Notes: generated by a model not told the origin, from the sequence alone. A DNA stretch of 64,000 nucleotides from an uncultured Alphaproteobacteria bacterium (GCA_963712925.1 CAVQJW010000023.1:33546-97545); one strand, 5' to 3'. Positions 16,854 to 26,784 are shown, numbered from the stretch's first letter. Translations and numbers: made by a program.

Positions 16854-17624
16854 CTATTCGATCGTCCAAGAGAGCGTGACCTGCGCGTCGAAGCTGAGCT
16901 CGCCGCCCTCGATCGGCGGCGGCGCCGCCGCCAGGTCGAAGCGCGCGGCGCCGGCCGCGAGCGGCTGCGGCGAGGACGCGTAGCCTTCCTCGATGCGGAA
17001 GATCGGCCCGAGCGTGATCCCGGCGGCCTCGGCATAGAGCTTGGCCTTGCGCAGCGCGTCCTTGACCGCCGCCTGGCGCGCCTGATCCTGAAGCGGCGCA
17101 GGATCCTCCACGGTAAAGGTCGGACCGGAGATCGAATTCGCGCCGAGCGTCACCACCTTGTCGAGCAGCGGCCCGACCCGCGTCAAATCGCGGATGCGCA
17201 GCGTCAAATTGTTGGTGACGCGGTAGCCGACGATCTCCGGCTTGAAGGACGCGGAATTGTTGTCGTTCTGCGGCGGCTGCGAATAGACCGGATCGACCGA
17301 GAAGCCGGAGGTCTGAAGGTCGCGCGCCTCGATCCCCTCCGCCTTGAGCGCGGCGACGATGCCGTTCATGGCTTCGGAATTCGACTGAAGCGCGACCTTG
17401 GCGGCATCCGCCTCGCTGACGACGCCGAGCGTGATCAGCGCCATGTCGGGTGGCGCCGTGACCTTGCCCTCGCCGCCGACCGTCAAAAGCCGATGGTCGC
17501 CGGCGGTCTGGCTCTGCGCCGCCGCCATGCCGCTGAGCGGCAGCACCAGCACCAGCGCGACCAGAGCCCCGATCAGAGCCACGACCGGGGCCGCGCCGAG
17601 CGTCGCACGAATTGTCTGCCTCAT
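16854..17624 (-). CDS. SIMPL domain (DUF541) periplasmic protein, BP26/Omp28-like
   Basis: Contains LLTVGGEGKVTAPPDMALITLGV, VGYRVTNNLTLRIRDL and QARQAAVKDALRKAKLYAEAAGITLG. ATG at 17624 (MRQTIR). Confidence 0.8.
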   Translation of the reverse strand: MRQTIRATLGAAPVVALIGALVALVLVLPLSGMAAAQSQTAGDHRLLTVGGEGKVTAPPDMALITLGVVSEADAAKVALQSNSEAMNGIVAALKAEGIEARDLQTSGFSVDPVYSQPPQNDNNSASFKPEIVGYRVTNNLTLRIRDLTRVGPLLDKVVTLGANSISGPTFTVEDPAPLQDQARQAAVKDALRKAKLYAEAAGITLGPIFRIEEGYASSPQPLAAGAARFDLAAAPPPIEGGELSFDAQVTLSWTIE

Positions 17625-17792
17625 CGTCCGTTCCTCGTTTTTCTCCGCAGGCAATCGCCGCCGATTGCGGCAATTGCGCGGTGTTCCTCCGGAGCATCAT
17701 ATCCGCTCAGCCTTTGACGCGCCGCAACGCGCAATCCTTGGCGGCGTGCGCTTGCCGCTCCGCACGGAACGTCGTAACCCGCGTGGCCTTGG

Positions 17793-17869
17793 GGGTCCGT
17801 AGCTCAATTGGTTAGAGCCGACGGCTCATAACCGTCTGGTTGTAGGTTCGAGTCCTACCGGACCCACCA
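17793..17869 (+). tRNA. tRNA with CAT anticodon (elongator tRNA-Met, or the lysidine-modified tRNA-Ile2)
   Basis: Manual cloverleaf: acceptor GGGTCCG/CGGACCC; D arm GCTC-AATTGGTTA-GAGC; anticodon arm GACGG-CTCATAA-CCGTC; variable TGGTT; T arm GTAGG-TTCGAGT-CCTAC; then A-CCA. 77 nt. Confidence 0.92.
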
Positions 17870-17942
17870 GCCTTCGCTTGCTTCGCAAGCTACGGCTCGG
17901 CAAGCCAACTTAGGGCCTTCAAAGGCGAAGCAAGCGAAGGCT
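17869..17942. repeat. perfect 17-bp inverted repeat abutting the tRNA 3' end
   Basis: agccttcgcttgcttcg (17869-17885) pairs with cgaagcaagcgaaggct (17926-17942). An inner mini-hairpin gcttgc-ttc-gcaagc is also present. Confidence 0.8.
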
Positions 17943-18297
17943 GCCGCGCCGAAGCCCAAAGGGCGAAGGCGGGCGACGCCGCAAGCGCCTCACCGTACGC
18001 CTCCGTGACCGGACGGAGTCCTTCGCGGCGTGTAAACGGTCCTGTCCTTGATCCGGAGGAAGATGCCGCGTGATAAGACAAAACGCTGCTTCTGGCGCTC
18101 AAACGGCCGAAAGGAGAGACGGCCGTGAGAGGTGTTCAGTGCATCGTCGCCGACGCGGTGGCTGCCACGGCTTCCGCCGCGCGCGCAGAGCCTGTGGCAG
18201 AAACTGATCATGGACTGCCGCCCAACCATGGATTACGACCAGCGGGGCTGCGTTCGCGCGGGTCTTGCGTTGGCCAGGGAACGGCTCAGGAGGGCGC

Positions 18298-19389
18298 TTG
18301 TCTCGACGAAGAAAATCCACGATCTATGACATTGCGGTAGCCACAGACGCGTCGCCGACAACCGTCAGCTTGGTGCTCAACGGCTCCTGGCAGAGATATC
18401 GCATCAAGCCTGAGACCGCGACCCGGATCCTGAACTGCGCCGAGAGCCTGGGCTACGCCGTCAATTTGAAGGCGCGCGGATTGCGCCTGTCGCAGTCCGG
18501 CCTCGCGGGCATGATCCTGCCGCACTACCGCAACCGTTTCTTTGCGGGCCTTGCTGAGGCATTTGAAGCGAATGCGCGCAGCCGAGGGCTCTGTCCGATC
18601 GTGGTCAGCACGCATCGCAATCCGAACAACGAAGTCAGCGTCACCGAGACCCTGCTCGCCCAGCAGGTCGAGTTCCTCTTCATATCCGGTGTTCACAATC
18701 CCGATCCGCTCAACGAGTTGTGCCGGGCGGCCGGCGTCCGGTGCGTCAACATCGATCTTCCGGGCTCGCGCGCGCCCTCCGTCGTCTCAGACAACCGCGG
18801 CGGCGCAAGAGAGTTGACCAAGGTGGTGATCGGCAAGCTCCTGAACAGAGGGGCCGACACCTCGGACATCTTCTTTTTCGGCGGTGCGGCGAAGGACGAG
18901 GCGACGCGCAATCGGCTGCTCGGGTTCAAGGATGCGGTGGCGGAGCACGGGATCAAGCTCGCACCACACGCTGTCGACTGTTGCGGGTATCCGCCGAGCC
19001 AGGCAGCTCTTTCGCTTGCGGCCCGCTACGCTGAGCTCGGGCGTCTCCCGTCCGGTCTCTTCGTCAACGGCGTGACCGCGTTGGAGGGCGCCCTGCGCTT
19101 CACCTCCACGCTTCCGGCAAGCGAGCTTCAATCGGTTGTGGTCGGGAGTTTCGACTGGGATCCGTTCGGAGCGCACCTGCCGTTCGATGTGACGATGGTG
19201 CGCCAGGACGTTGAGGTGATGATGAGCGAAGGCTTTGCATTGCTCGACGCCCACAATGTCGATTTCTGTCCGCTCGTGGTGGTGCCCACCAAATTCGGAA
19301 AGGTGGGCGAGCTCGACGGCGTGGAGGAAGATTGGAACGGCGAAGTCGATGCCGTCCGGCGCAGCCGGGAGCCGGTCGCCGTCTCCTGA
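18298..19389 (+). CDS. LacI family transcriptional regulator
   Basis: HTH STIYDIAVATDASPTTVSLVLNG, followed by a periplasmic-binding-protein-like sugar domain. I chose TTG 18298, which follows AGGAGG at 18288-18293 (ORF 18265-19389). Confidence 0.85.
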   Translation: MSRRRKSTIYDIAVATDASPTTVSLVLNGSWQRYRIKPETATRILNCAESLGYAVNLKARGLRLSQSGLAGMILPHYRNRFFAGLAEAFEANARSRGLCPIVVSTHRNPNNEVSVTETLLAQQVEFLFISGVHNPDPLNELCRAAGVRCVNIDLPGSRAPSVVSDNRGGARELTKVVIGKLLNRGADTSDIFFFGGAAKDEATRNRLLGFKDAVAEHGIKLAPHAVDCCGYPPSQAALSLAARYAELGRLPSGLFVNGVTALEGALRFTSTLPASELQSVVVGSFDWDPFGAHLPFDVTMVRQDVEVMMSEGFALLDAHNVDFCPLVVVPTKFGKVGELDGVEEDWNGEVDAVRRSREPVAVS

Positions 19390-19440
19390 TCCGCCCATCA
19401 ACGCGGCTCCCGTCGGGTCTCGGATAATCCCGAACACGCG

Positions 19441-19462
19441 GCTGCTAAATCTATTTAGCAGC
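19441..19462. promoter_or_regulatory. candidate LacI-type operator overlapping a sigma70-like promoter
   Basis: 10-bp perfect arms GCTGCTAAAT-ct-ATTTAGCAGC are immediately followed by CTTGAC (19462-19467) and a CTCTAT/CTATTT -10-like box. Confidence 0.5.
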
Positions 19463-19726
19463 TTGACTGAGCAGGCCCGGTGGTCTCTATTTGCCCAGGT
19501 CCGAATTCAAGCGGCAAACAGCGTTCAAGCTACTCAACGCTTTGCACAATTTGAGCCGCACATTGCTCGCGCGGAGGCGTGACGGGAGGGGGCGAGAAGA
19601 GCAACGCTTACCTGCCTTGCGACAGGTGCAGGTCGGTTGCTCGATGGCATCACAACAGACGCCGGACTCTGAGGAGTTGTCAAAGAACCAAAAAAGGCAT
19701 CCAGCCTGCAATAGGGAGGACTATCA

Positions 19727-20719
19727 ATGCTGAAAAAGACAGTGTGCCTCGCCGCGATCGGCGTGGCTCTTTCGCTTGCGACTTTGGGCGGGGCGAGCGC
19801 CAAGGACGCCAAGATCGGCGTCGTGGTCAAGATCGGCGGCATCCCCTGGTTCAACGCCATGGAGCAGGGCATCAAGGAAGAAGGCGCCAAGATGGGCGAC
19901 GATGCCTTCATGATCGGCCCCACCAGCGCCGATCCGGCACTGCAGGTGCGCGCCATCGAAGATTCGATCGCCCAGGGCGTCGATGTTATCGGCGTCGTGC
20001 CCAACGACGCGGCGGTGATCGAGCCGGTGCTGCAGAAGGCGCGCGATGCTGGCATCAAGGTCGTGACGCACGAATCGCCCGATCAGAAGAATGCCGATTG
20101 GGACTTCGAGATGGTCTCCGCCCAGGGCTACGGCGAGGCGCATGCCGAGATGCTTGCCAAATTGATGGGCGGCAAGGGCAAGTACGTCGTCTATGTCGGC
20201 TCGCTGACCGTGCCGCTTCATAATCTGTGGGCCGATTTCGCCATCAAGTATCTGGCGGCGAAGTATCCCGACATGCAGATGGTCGGCGACCGCTACGGTG
20301 TGGCGGAGAGCGTCGACGACAGCCGTAAGACGGCGCTCGACGTGATTGCCGCCAACCCCGACATCGGCGGCTTCCTGACCTTCGGCAGCCAGGGCCCGAT
20401 CGGCGCCGGCCGCGCGCTTGAGGAACAGCATCTCTGCGACAAGGTTCCGCTCGTCGGCTCGTTCTCGCCGGGGCAGGGCTCGGCGCTCTTGAAGTCCGGC
20501 TGCATCGACGGCGGCTTCATGTGGAACCCGATGGAGGCGGGACGTGTCTTCGTCCGCATCGGCGATCTCCTGGCGAGCGGCGGCGAGGTCACGGACGGCA
20601 TGACGATCGAAGGACTCGGCGTCGTGCATCCCGACTTCAAGGAGGGCAACATCATCGTCGACGCCCTGCAGCCGATCACCGTCGACACGGTCGACGAGCT
20701 TGCGGGGATGGGCCTCTAG
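19727..20719 (+). CDS. sugar ABC transporter substrate-binding protein (LsrB/RhaS-like, CUT2)
   Basis: Signal peptide, then KIGVVVKIGGIPWFNAMEQGIKEEGAK... 330 aa. RBS GGGAGG upstream. Confidence 0.9.
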   Translation: MLKKTVCLAAIGVALSLATLGGASAKDAKIGVVVKIGGIPWFNAMEQGIKEEGAKMGDDAFMIGPTSADPALQVRAIEDSIAQGVDVIGVVPNDAAVIEPVLQKARDAGIKVVTHESPDQKNADWDFEMVSAQGYGEAHAEMLAKLMGGKGKYVVYVGSLTVPLHNLWADFAIKYLAAKYPDMQMVGDRYGVAESVDDSRKTALDVIAANPDIGGFLTFGSQGPIGAGRALEEQHLCDKVPLVGSFSPGQGSALLKSGCIDGGFMWNPMEAGRVFVRIGDLLASGGEVTDGMTIEGLGVVHPDFKEGNIIVDALQPITVDTVDELAGMGL

Positions 20720-20797
20720 GCGGATAAATTCGTCGGCGGCGCGCTGGGCTGTCTTCGGGCGGCCCGGCGCCAGTCTTCGCATGGTCAGGCTTGGCGG

Positions 20798-22324
20798 GTG
20801 CTCTTGACGAACGGGATTGCCCATGACGCGCCGGCGGCGGCGCCGCCGATCCTGTCGCTGCGCAATGTGAGCGTGACCTTTGGTGGCGTCAAAGCGCTGC
20901 AGGAGGTGAGCTTCGAAGTGTTGCCCGGCGAGGTTCAGTGCATCGCCGGCGAGAACGGGTCCGGCAAGAGCACGCTGATCAAGGTCATTACCGGCGTTTA
21001 TCGGCCCGAGCCGGGAAGCGATTTCATGGTCGGCGGGAAGGCGGTCGAGGTCATGACGCCCGCACAGGCGCGCGCCGCGGGCTTTCAGGTCATCTGGCAG
21101 GACCTTTCGCTGTTCAACGAGATGACTGTTGCCGAGAACATCGCGATCGAAGCGGTGCTCGGCGCCGTGCCGAGGCGGGTCGATCACGCCGCGATGCGCC
21201 GCACCGCGACGGCCGTGCTGGAAAGGCTCGGGACGCAACTCGACGTCGACGCCCGGCTCGGCGGCTTTGGCGTGGCGCAGCGGCAGATCGTGGCCATAGC
21301 GCGCGCGCTGGTGCGCGAGGCGCGCGTCATCTTCATGGACGAGCCGACCTCGTCGCTGACCCGGCAGGAGACGCTTCTGCTCCTCGACATCGTCCGCACG
21401 CTCTCCAAGAGCGGAATAGCGGTCGTCTTTGTCAGCCACCGGCTGGCGGAAGTTCTGGAGATTTCGACGCGCGTGACGGTGCTCCGCGACGGACGTCTGG
21501 TCGGTGTCTATCCGACCAAGGATATGACGCAGACGCGCCTCGCGGAACTGATGACCGGAAAGACTTTGAACCAGGCGGTAACGGCCCGTGACGTCGCAGC
21601 CGCTGTGCCGGTGCTGAGCGTCTCCGGGCTGACGCGGCATGGCGAATACAACGATGTCTCCCTCGCTATTCACAAGGGCGAGACGCTCGGTCTGACCGGT
21701 CTCCTAGGCGCGGGGCGGACGGAGCTCGCGCTGTCGATCTTCGGAATGACCCGGCCCGCAAGCGGCGAGATCGCGATCGACGGCGCTCCCGTCAAGCTGC
21801 GCTCAAATCGTGACGCGATCCGTGCCGGGGTCGGCTACGTCTCGGAGGACCGTCTGTCGCTCGGCCTTATCCAGCAGCAGTCGATCGCCGACAATCTCGT
21901 GGTGACCGTGCTCGGCAAGATCCTCGAAGCCGGGCTGATCTCGCCGCGCAAGCAGCAGAAGCTCGTCGCCACATGGATCGGCAATCTGGCGATCAAGGTC
22001 GGCGCGCCGGAGGATCCCGTCACGACCCTTTCCGGCGGCAATCAGCAGCGCGTCGCGATCGCCAAATGGCTCGCGACCGAACCGAAGCTCTTGATCCTCG
22101 ACTGTCCGACCGTCGGAGTGGACGTCGGTGCGCGCGCCGGAATTTTCGAGATCGTGAGGCAGCTTGCCGCGGAAGGTCTCGCCATCCTGCTGATCTCGGA
22201 CGAGGTGCCCGAGGTGTATTTCAATTCGGACCGCGTCCTGCACATGAGGTCAGGCAGCATCGTCGGCGAGTACGATCCAAGACGGGTGAGCCTCGCCGAG
22301 GTTGAAAGAGCCGTCTATGCGTAG
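20798..22324 (+). CDS. sugar ABC transporter ATP-binding protein (duplicated ABC domains)
   Basis: Walker A GENGSGKST, signature LSGGNQQRVAIA, Walker B LLILDCPT. 508 aa. Confidence 0.9.
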   Translation: MLLTNGIAHDAPAAAPPILSLRNVSVTFGGVKALQEVSFEVLPGEVQCIAGENGSGKSTLIKVITGVYRPEPGSDFMVGGKAVEVMTPAQARAAGFQVIWQDLSLFNEMTVAENIAIEAVLGAVPRRVDHAAMRRTATAVLERLGTQLDVDARLGGFGVAQRQIVAIARALVREARVIFMDEPTSSLTRQETLLLLDIVRTLSKSGIAVVFVSHRLAEVLEISTRVTVLRDGRLVGVYPTKDMTQTRLAELMTGKTLNQAVTARDVAAAVPVLSVSGLTRHGEYNDVSLAIHKGETLGLTGLLGAGRTELALSIFGMTRPASGEIAIDGAPVKLRSNRDAIRAGVGYVSEDRLSLGLIQQQSIADNLVVTVLGKILEAGLISPRKQQKLVATWIGNLAIKVGAPEDPVTTLSGGNQQRVAIAKWLATEPKLLILDCPTVGVDVGARAGIFEIVRQLAAEGLAILLISDEVPEVYFNSDRVLHMRSGSIVGEYDPRRVSLAEVERAVYA

Positions 22325-23330
22325 TCTGGCCCGAACGCTGCGCGCCAATCCCACCGAGTCCTGGCTGCTTGGGCTGCTCGTCGTAATTTCCGCAGCGTTG
22401 TCGTTCGCGGCGCCCGAGTATCTGACGTTCGCAAATCTCTTCAATCTGCTGAACACGAGCTCGGTCAACGTCATCTTCGCGGTCGGCCTGCTTGTCGTGC
22501 TGATCTCCGGCGGAATCGACATCTCCTTCGCCGTTGCGGCCTCGGTGGTCCAGTACGTCGTGGCCACGATCCTGATCGACAGCGGCGGGGGCGGCTGGGT
22601 AAGCGGCGTTCTTCTCGCAGCGGCGGTGGGCATCGCGCTCGGCGCCGTCAACGCCACGTTCATTTACGGCTTCGGCATCATTTCGATCGTCGTGACGATC
22701 GCGACCTTCAACATCTTCTTCGGGCTCTTGATGTTCGTCACGCACGGCGTTTCGATCTACGCCCTGCCTGATTGGTGGACGCATCGAACGGTGCTCATCA
22801 GCTTTCAGCAGGCGAACGGGCTTTGGGCCGACCTCACGCTTCCGGTCCTGATCATGGCGATCTGCGTGGTCGCGACCTTTGTTCTCGTCCGCTACACGAC
22901 CACCGGGCGGCAGCTCTACGCCTTCGGCGACAATCCCGAGGGGGCGCGGCGGCTCGGCATCAACATCGCCGCGATGCACTTCATTCCCTATTGCTGGCTC
23001 GGGATGATGGCCGGGATCGGGGGGCTCGCCCAGGTCCACTACACGCAGGAAGTCGTGCCGAACGCGCTGATCGGGCGGGAGCTCGACGTGCTCGCCGCCG
23101 TCGTTCTGGGCGGGGCGCGCCTCGGCGGCGGCAGGGGCTCCGTGCTCGGCTGCGTGCTCGGCGTGTTCCTGGTCTCCGTGACGCAGAACGGGCTGAACCT
23201 TCTCGGGATCTCCCCCTATGCGTTCAAGATGATCATCGGAGCGATCATCCTCGTCGCAATTACGCTTTCGAGCGATCAGCTGACGCGCATGCTGAGCGGC
23301 GGCCGGCGCGCGGCGGACCAGCATGGTTGA
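22317..23330 (+). CDS. ABC transporter permease (CUT2, RbsC-like)
   Basis: Multi-TM protein. ATG 22317 overlaps the upstream stop. Contains ..GGIDISFAVAA.. and ..GGARLGGGRGSVLG.. Confidence 0.85.
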   Translation: MRSLARTLRANPTESWLLGLLVVISAALSFAAPEYLTFANLFNLLNTSSVNVIFAVGLLVVLISGGIDISFAVAASVVQYVVATILIDSGGGGWVSGVLLAAAVGIALGAVNATFIYGFGIISIVVTIATFNIFFGLLMFVTHGVSIYALPDWWTHRTVLISFQQANGLWADLTLPVLIMAICVVATFVLVRYTTTGRQLYAFGDNPEGARRLGINIAAMHFIPYCWLGMMAGIGGLAQVHYTQEVVPNALIGRELDVLAAVVLGGARLGGGRGSVLGCVLGVFLVSVTQNGLNLLGISPYAFKMIIGAIILVAITLSSDQLTRMLSGGRRAADQHG

Positions 23331-24366
23331 GGCGGCCCCCGGCCTTCGCGGCAAACGCCGCCGTGCGAGCGGCCTCGCAAGCCTGGCCGCGGCGGTCGGC
23401 CCGGAGGCCATCGGGCTCGCTGTCGCCCTGATCGCCGTCATTGCGATCTTCAGCGTGTTCAGCCCGCGCTTCCTGACACGCGCCACGTTCGATTCCGCCG
23501 CCTTTCAGTTGCCCGAACTCGGGCTCCTGACCCTGGCGATGCTGATGCCCATCATCTCCGGCGGCCTCAATCTCTCCGTGACGTTCACCGCCAACATTTG
23601 CGGCCTGACGCTCGCCTGGGTGTTTCATGCCTATGGCGGAATGGACGCCGGGCCCATGGTCTTTCTGGTGGGATCGCTGGCGGCGCTGTGCGTGGGCGCG
23701 GCGACCGGCCTCGTCATGGGCACGGTCATCGCGTTCACCGGCGCCCATCCGATCCTCGTTTCCCTGTCGATGATGATCTTCGTGCGCGGCCTTGGAGAGT
23801 TTCTCACGCGCGGCGGAGATATTTCGGGCTTCCCCGATTTCATCAGTCCGATCGGTCACGGAACGCTGCTCGGCATTCCGATCCCGATGCTCATCCTGAT
23901 CGCGGCTTTCGTGGTCTGGCACGTGATGATGTCGCGGGGCCGGCTCGGTTTCGGCACCTACATGATCGGCTCCAATATCGAGGCGACGCGCTACTCCGGC
24001 GTCAACACCAAGCGCGTGCTGGTCATGATCTACGTGCTCTCCGGCGCCATGTGCGGTCTTGCCGGCATCATCATGCTCGCACGCTTCAACTCGGTGCGCG
24101 TCGGCCACGGCGAATCCTATCTTCTGATCACCGTGCTCGCCTGCTTCCTCGGCGGCGTCAATCCGTTCGGCGGCTTCGGCAGGGTCACGTCCGTCTTCCT
24201 CGCGCTGATCATCCTTCAGGTGCTTTCGTCGGGGCTCAACCTGCTCGGCGCCAACCAGCATCTCGCCACGGCGATGTGGGGCATTCTTCTGATTGCGGTG
24301 ATGGTGCTGCGCTGGGCGTCGGCGCGGTTCGGGTTCTTCGGCAAAGGCGGGAGTGGCGAGCGATGA
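23323..24366 (+). CDS. ABC transporter permease (CUT2, second subunit)
   Basis: Multi-TM protein with ISGGLNLSV and GGVNPFGGFGRVTSV. It overlaps both neighbours. Confidence 0.85.
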   Translation: MVEAAPGLRGKRRRASGLASLAAAVGPEAIGLAVALIAVIAIFSVFSPRFLTRATFDSAAFQLPELGLLTLAMLMPIISGGLNLSVTFTANICGLTLAWVFHAYGGMDAGPMVFLVGSLAALCVGAATGLVMGTVIAFTGAHPILVSLSMMIFVRGLGEFLTRGGDISGFPDFISPIGHGTLLGIPIPMLILIAAFVVWHVMMSRGRLGFGTYMIGSNIEATRYSGVNTKRVLVMIYVLSGAMCGLAGIIMLARFNSVRVGHGESYLLITVLACFLGGVNPFGGFGRVTSVFLALIILQVLSSGLNLLGANQHLATAMWGILLIAVMVLRWASARFGFFGKGGSGER

Positions 24367-25214
24367 GGGGGTTCGGCGTTCATACCAGCATGTGGGCGAT
24401 GGGCTGGACCCACGAAGCGGCGGAGCGCGCCGTCGCAGCGGCGAAGAAATACGACGTCGACTTCATCGAGATCGCGCTATTGCAGCCGGCCGCAGCGGAC
24501 GCCGCGCATACGCGCAAGCTGCTTGAGCAGAACCGTCTCCCCGCAGTGTGCTCGCTCGGCCTGCCTGAGTCGGCGTGGGCTTCCGTCCGCCCCGAGGCGG
24601 CGATCGCGTATCTCGACGTCGCCATCAACAAGACGGCCGACATGGGCTGCGAAGCGCTATCCGGCGTGATCTACGGCGGGATCGGCGAGCGCACCGGGAA
24701 GCCGCCGACGCAAGGGGAGATCGACAACATAACGCGCGTGCTCGCGGCGAGCGCAAAGACCGCGAAGTCGCGCGGGATCGAGCTCGGAGTCGAGGCCGTG
24801 AACCGCTACGAAAATCATATCGTGAATACCGCACAGCAGGCCGTCGATCTGGTGGAGCGGATCGGCGCGGACAACATCTTCGTGCATCTCGACACCTATC
24901 ATATGAACATCGAGGAGAAGGGCGCGGCGCTCGGTATTCTCGCGGCGCGCGATCACTTGAAATACATCCATCTTTCGGAGAGCGATCGGGGCACGCCGGG
25001 AGAAGGCAATTGCCCCTGGGATGCAATCTTCACCGCGCTCGCCGCCATCGACTTCAAAGGCGGGCTCGCCATGGAGAGCTTCATCAACCTGCCGCCCGAG
25101 ATCGGGGCGGGTCTTTCCGTCTGGCGGCCGGTCGCCAAGAGCGAAGCCCACGTCATGGGCAGGGGTCTGCCCTTTCTTAGAAATAAGGCACTGCAATACA
25201 ACCTGATCCAGTAG
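24363..25214 (+). CDS. sugar phosphate isomerase/epimerase (TIM barrel, D-tagatose/D-psicose 3-epimerase-like)
   Basis: ATG 24363 overlaps the upstream TGA (ATGA). Motifs: IEIALL, GVEAVNRYENHIVNT, FVHLDTYHMNIEE, YIHLSESDRGTPGEG. Confidence 0.8.
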   Translation: MRGFGVHTSMWAMGWTHEAAERAVAAAKKYDVDFIEIALLQPAAADAAHTRKLLEQNRLPAVCSLGLPESAWASVRPEAAIAYLDVAINKTADMGCEALSGVIYGGIGERTGKPPTQGEIDNITRVLAASAKTAKSRGIELGVEAVNRYENHIVNTAQQAVDLVERIGADNIFVHLDTYHMNIEEKGAALGILAARDHLKYIHLSESDRGTPGEGNCPWDAIFTALAAIDFKGGLAMESFINLPPEIGAGLSVWRPVAKSEAHVMGRGLPFLRNKALQYNLIQ

Positions 25215-25251
25215 TGTTCAGCGGCGCGGCCCCGCGGCCCGTGCGGTTTTT

Positions 25252-26049
25252 TCAGGCCTCGATCCCGGAAGAGCCGTTGGCCCGATCGGCGGCCAGCCGA
25301 TTGAGGGCGCCGGGCGGGCTGCCCGTCAGACGCCGACTTTCGCGGACAAGATGGGCCTGATCCGAATAGCCGGATGCGATTGCCAGGACAGCTGTGCTTT
25401 CAGATGAGCTCTCCACCAGGCGAAGATAGCGCTGATGCCTGAGGATGCGCTCCAAAGTCTTCGGTCCGTAGCCAAAGGCTTCGTCGAAGCGGCGGCGCAA
25501 TGTTCTTTCGCTCATGCCAAGCGCGCGGCCGAGCCATGGAACAAGCGGTGCGCCCGGCGGGGCGCCGGCGGCGACGAGGCGATAGGCCGCCTGCATCTGC
25601 CGATCGGCCAACTCGAATTCAGGAACCATCCGGCCCACGACGCGCTGAAGCGACTGCACGAGTGCGTCGATGTCGTCTTCATTCGCGGCGTCAGCTGCTG
25701 CTCGCCGGGCGCGAACGCCCCACAAGGCCTCAAGGTCGGTCCGCCGATTGGCGATCTCGCTGGCGGCAAGTCCGAGCCAGGCCGCGGCGGCGGCGGGGCG
25801 GAAGCGGAATCCGATCACCAGCGTTCCGGCGGGAAGATCCTCGGTCACCGCTTCACTGTCGGGACCAGCGACTCTGAATGCATAATCGATCCATTGCAGG
25901 TCGATCGTTCCGTCAGACGCAACCACGATCGGAGAGGCATCGTTCTCGGGGAGTCTATGGGCCCAGATCGACGAGAACGCTCGAAGACCTGCGGCGGCTA
26001 CCGGCCAATGGCGAAATGTTCCGGTGAGGCGTGCGGGAACGGGGGTCAT
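25252..26049 (-). CDS. AraC family transcriptional regulator
   Basis: C-terminal dual HTH: LGMSERTLRRRFDEAFGYGPKTLERILRHQR...IASGYSDQAHLVRESRRLTG. Confidence 0.8.
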   Translation of the reverse strand: MTPVPARLTGTFRHWPVAAAGLRAFSSIWAHRLPENDASPIVVASDGTIDLQWIDYAFRVAGPDSEAVTEDLPAGTLVIGFRFRPAAAAAWLGLAASEIANRRTDLEALWGVRARRAAADAANEDDIDALVQSLQRVVGRMVPEFELADRQMQAAYRLVAAGAPPGAPLVPWLGRALGMSERTLRRRFDEAFGYGPKTLERILRHQRYLRLVESSSESTAVLAIASGYSDQAHLVRESRRLTGSPPGALNRLAADRANGSSGIEA

Positions 26050-26265
26050 CCGCTGCCCTCCTCTCTTCGCAGGAACAGCTAGCACCCTTTCGCGTCCGGA
26101 TTTGGACTTCTCCTTGTTCCCGGTCCGACGGCATCCGCCGTCGCGTCCTGGCCAATTCCTTCAATCCCAAGATGGCGCCATACAATACTTTCGTCGGCGT
26201 ACGGCCCGCCGGAGTGGCCGCAGTCCGACGATCGGCGGGATGCGCAATGACGAAGGAGAAGACCG

Positions 26266-26691
26266 ATGAGAGCGCGATTTGGCGTACTGACACTCGGCGT
26301 GGACGACCTCGAGACGTCGTTGAAATTCTATCGCGATGGGCTCGGGTTTCGGACGGAAGGAATCATCGGACAGGAGTTCGAGCACGGTTCCGTCGCTCTC
26401 TTCCACCTTGAAGGCGGCCAGATCCTTTCCCTTTTCCCGCGCAGCGACCTCGGACTGGATGCGGGAATCGCCGCGACATCCCGCAGTCCCACCGAATTCA
26501 GCATCGGTCACAACGTGTCCAGTGAAGCCGAAGTCGATCAGGTCATGGCTCGGGCTGAAACGGCGGGAGCCCACATCACGATGCCGGCGCGGAAGACTTT
26601 CTGGGGCGGCTATGCCGGATATTTCCAGGATCCCGACGGTCATCTCTGGGAAGTCCTGCACAATCCGGCCTTCCTGCCGGATGAAGAATGA
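26266..26691 (+). CDS. VOC (glyoxalase/bleomycin-resistance) family protein
   Basis: 141 aa, with LGVDDLETSLKFYRDGLGF and GYFQDPDGHLWEV. Confidence 0.8.
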   Translation: MRARFGVLTLGVDDLETSLKFYRDGLGFRTEGIIGQEFEHGSVALFHLEGGQILSLFPRSDLGLDAGIAATSRSPTEFSIGHNVSSEAEVDQVMARAETAGAHITMPARKTFWGGYAGYFQDPDGHLWEVLHNPAFLPDEE

Positions 26692-26784
26692 GAAGGCACT
26701 GGCCCCCCGGTGAAGGCGCGGGGTCTCGGCGTCCCAGGCGGCCCGTCCCTGGATGGGCCGCTGGTGCTCCGACCGTTCCGTGCC

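Noticed and set aside
17793-17869. Initiator tRNA-fMet
   Set aside because: Position 1-72 is a normal G-C pair. The anticodon stem (GACGG/CCGTC) lacks the three consecutive G-C pairs characteristic of initiators.
17793-18297. Genomic island integrated at the tRNA
   Set aside because: There is no integrase, excisionase or transposase in the window. I could not find a direct repeat of the tRNA 3' end downstream. The base composition of the following region looks the same as the rest. Only the inverted repeat is reported.
19724-21673. 649-aa minus-strand ORF, and many other 100-500-aa ORFs antisense to ABC, ligD, liv and regulator genes
   Set aside because: They overlap genes with unmistakable family motifs on the opposite strand and have low-complexity R/A/G/P-rich translations. 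They are treated as high-GC artefacts.
25222-25252. Terminator after the epimerase gene (GC-rich stretch followed by TTTTTT)
   Set aside because: The best stem I can draw is only 4-5 bp (ccgc...gcgg), which is too weak to call.
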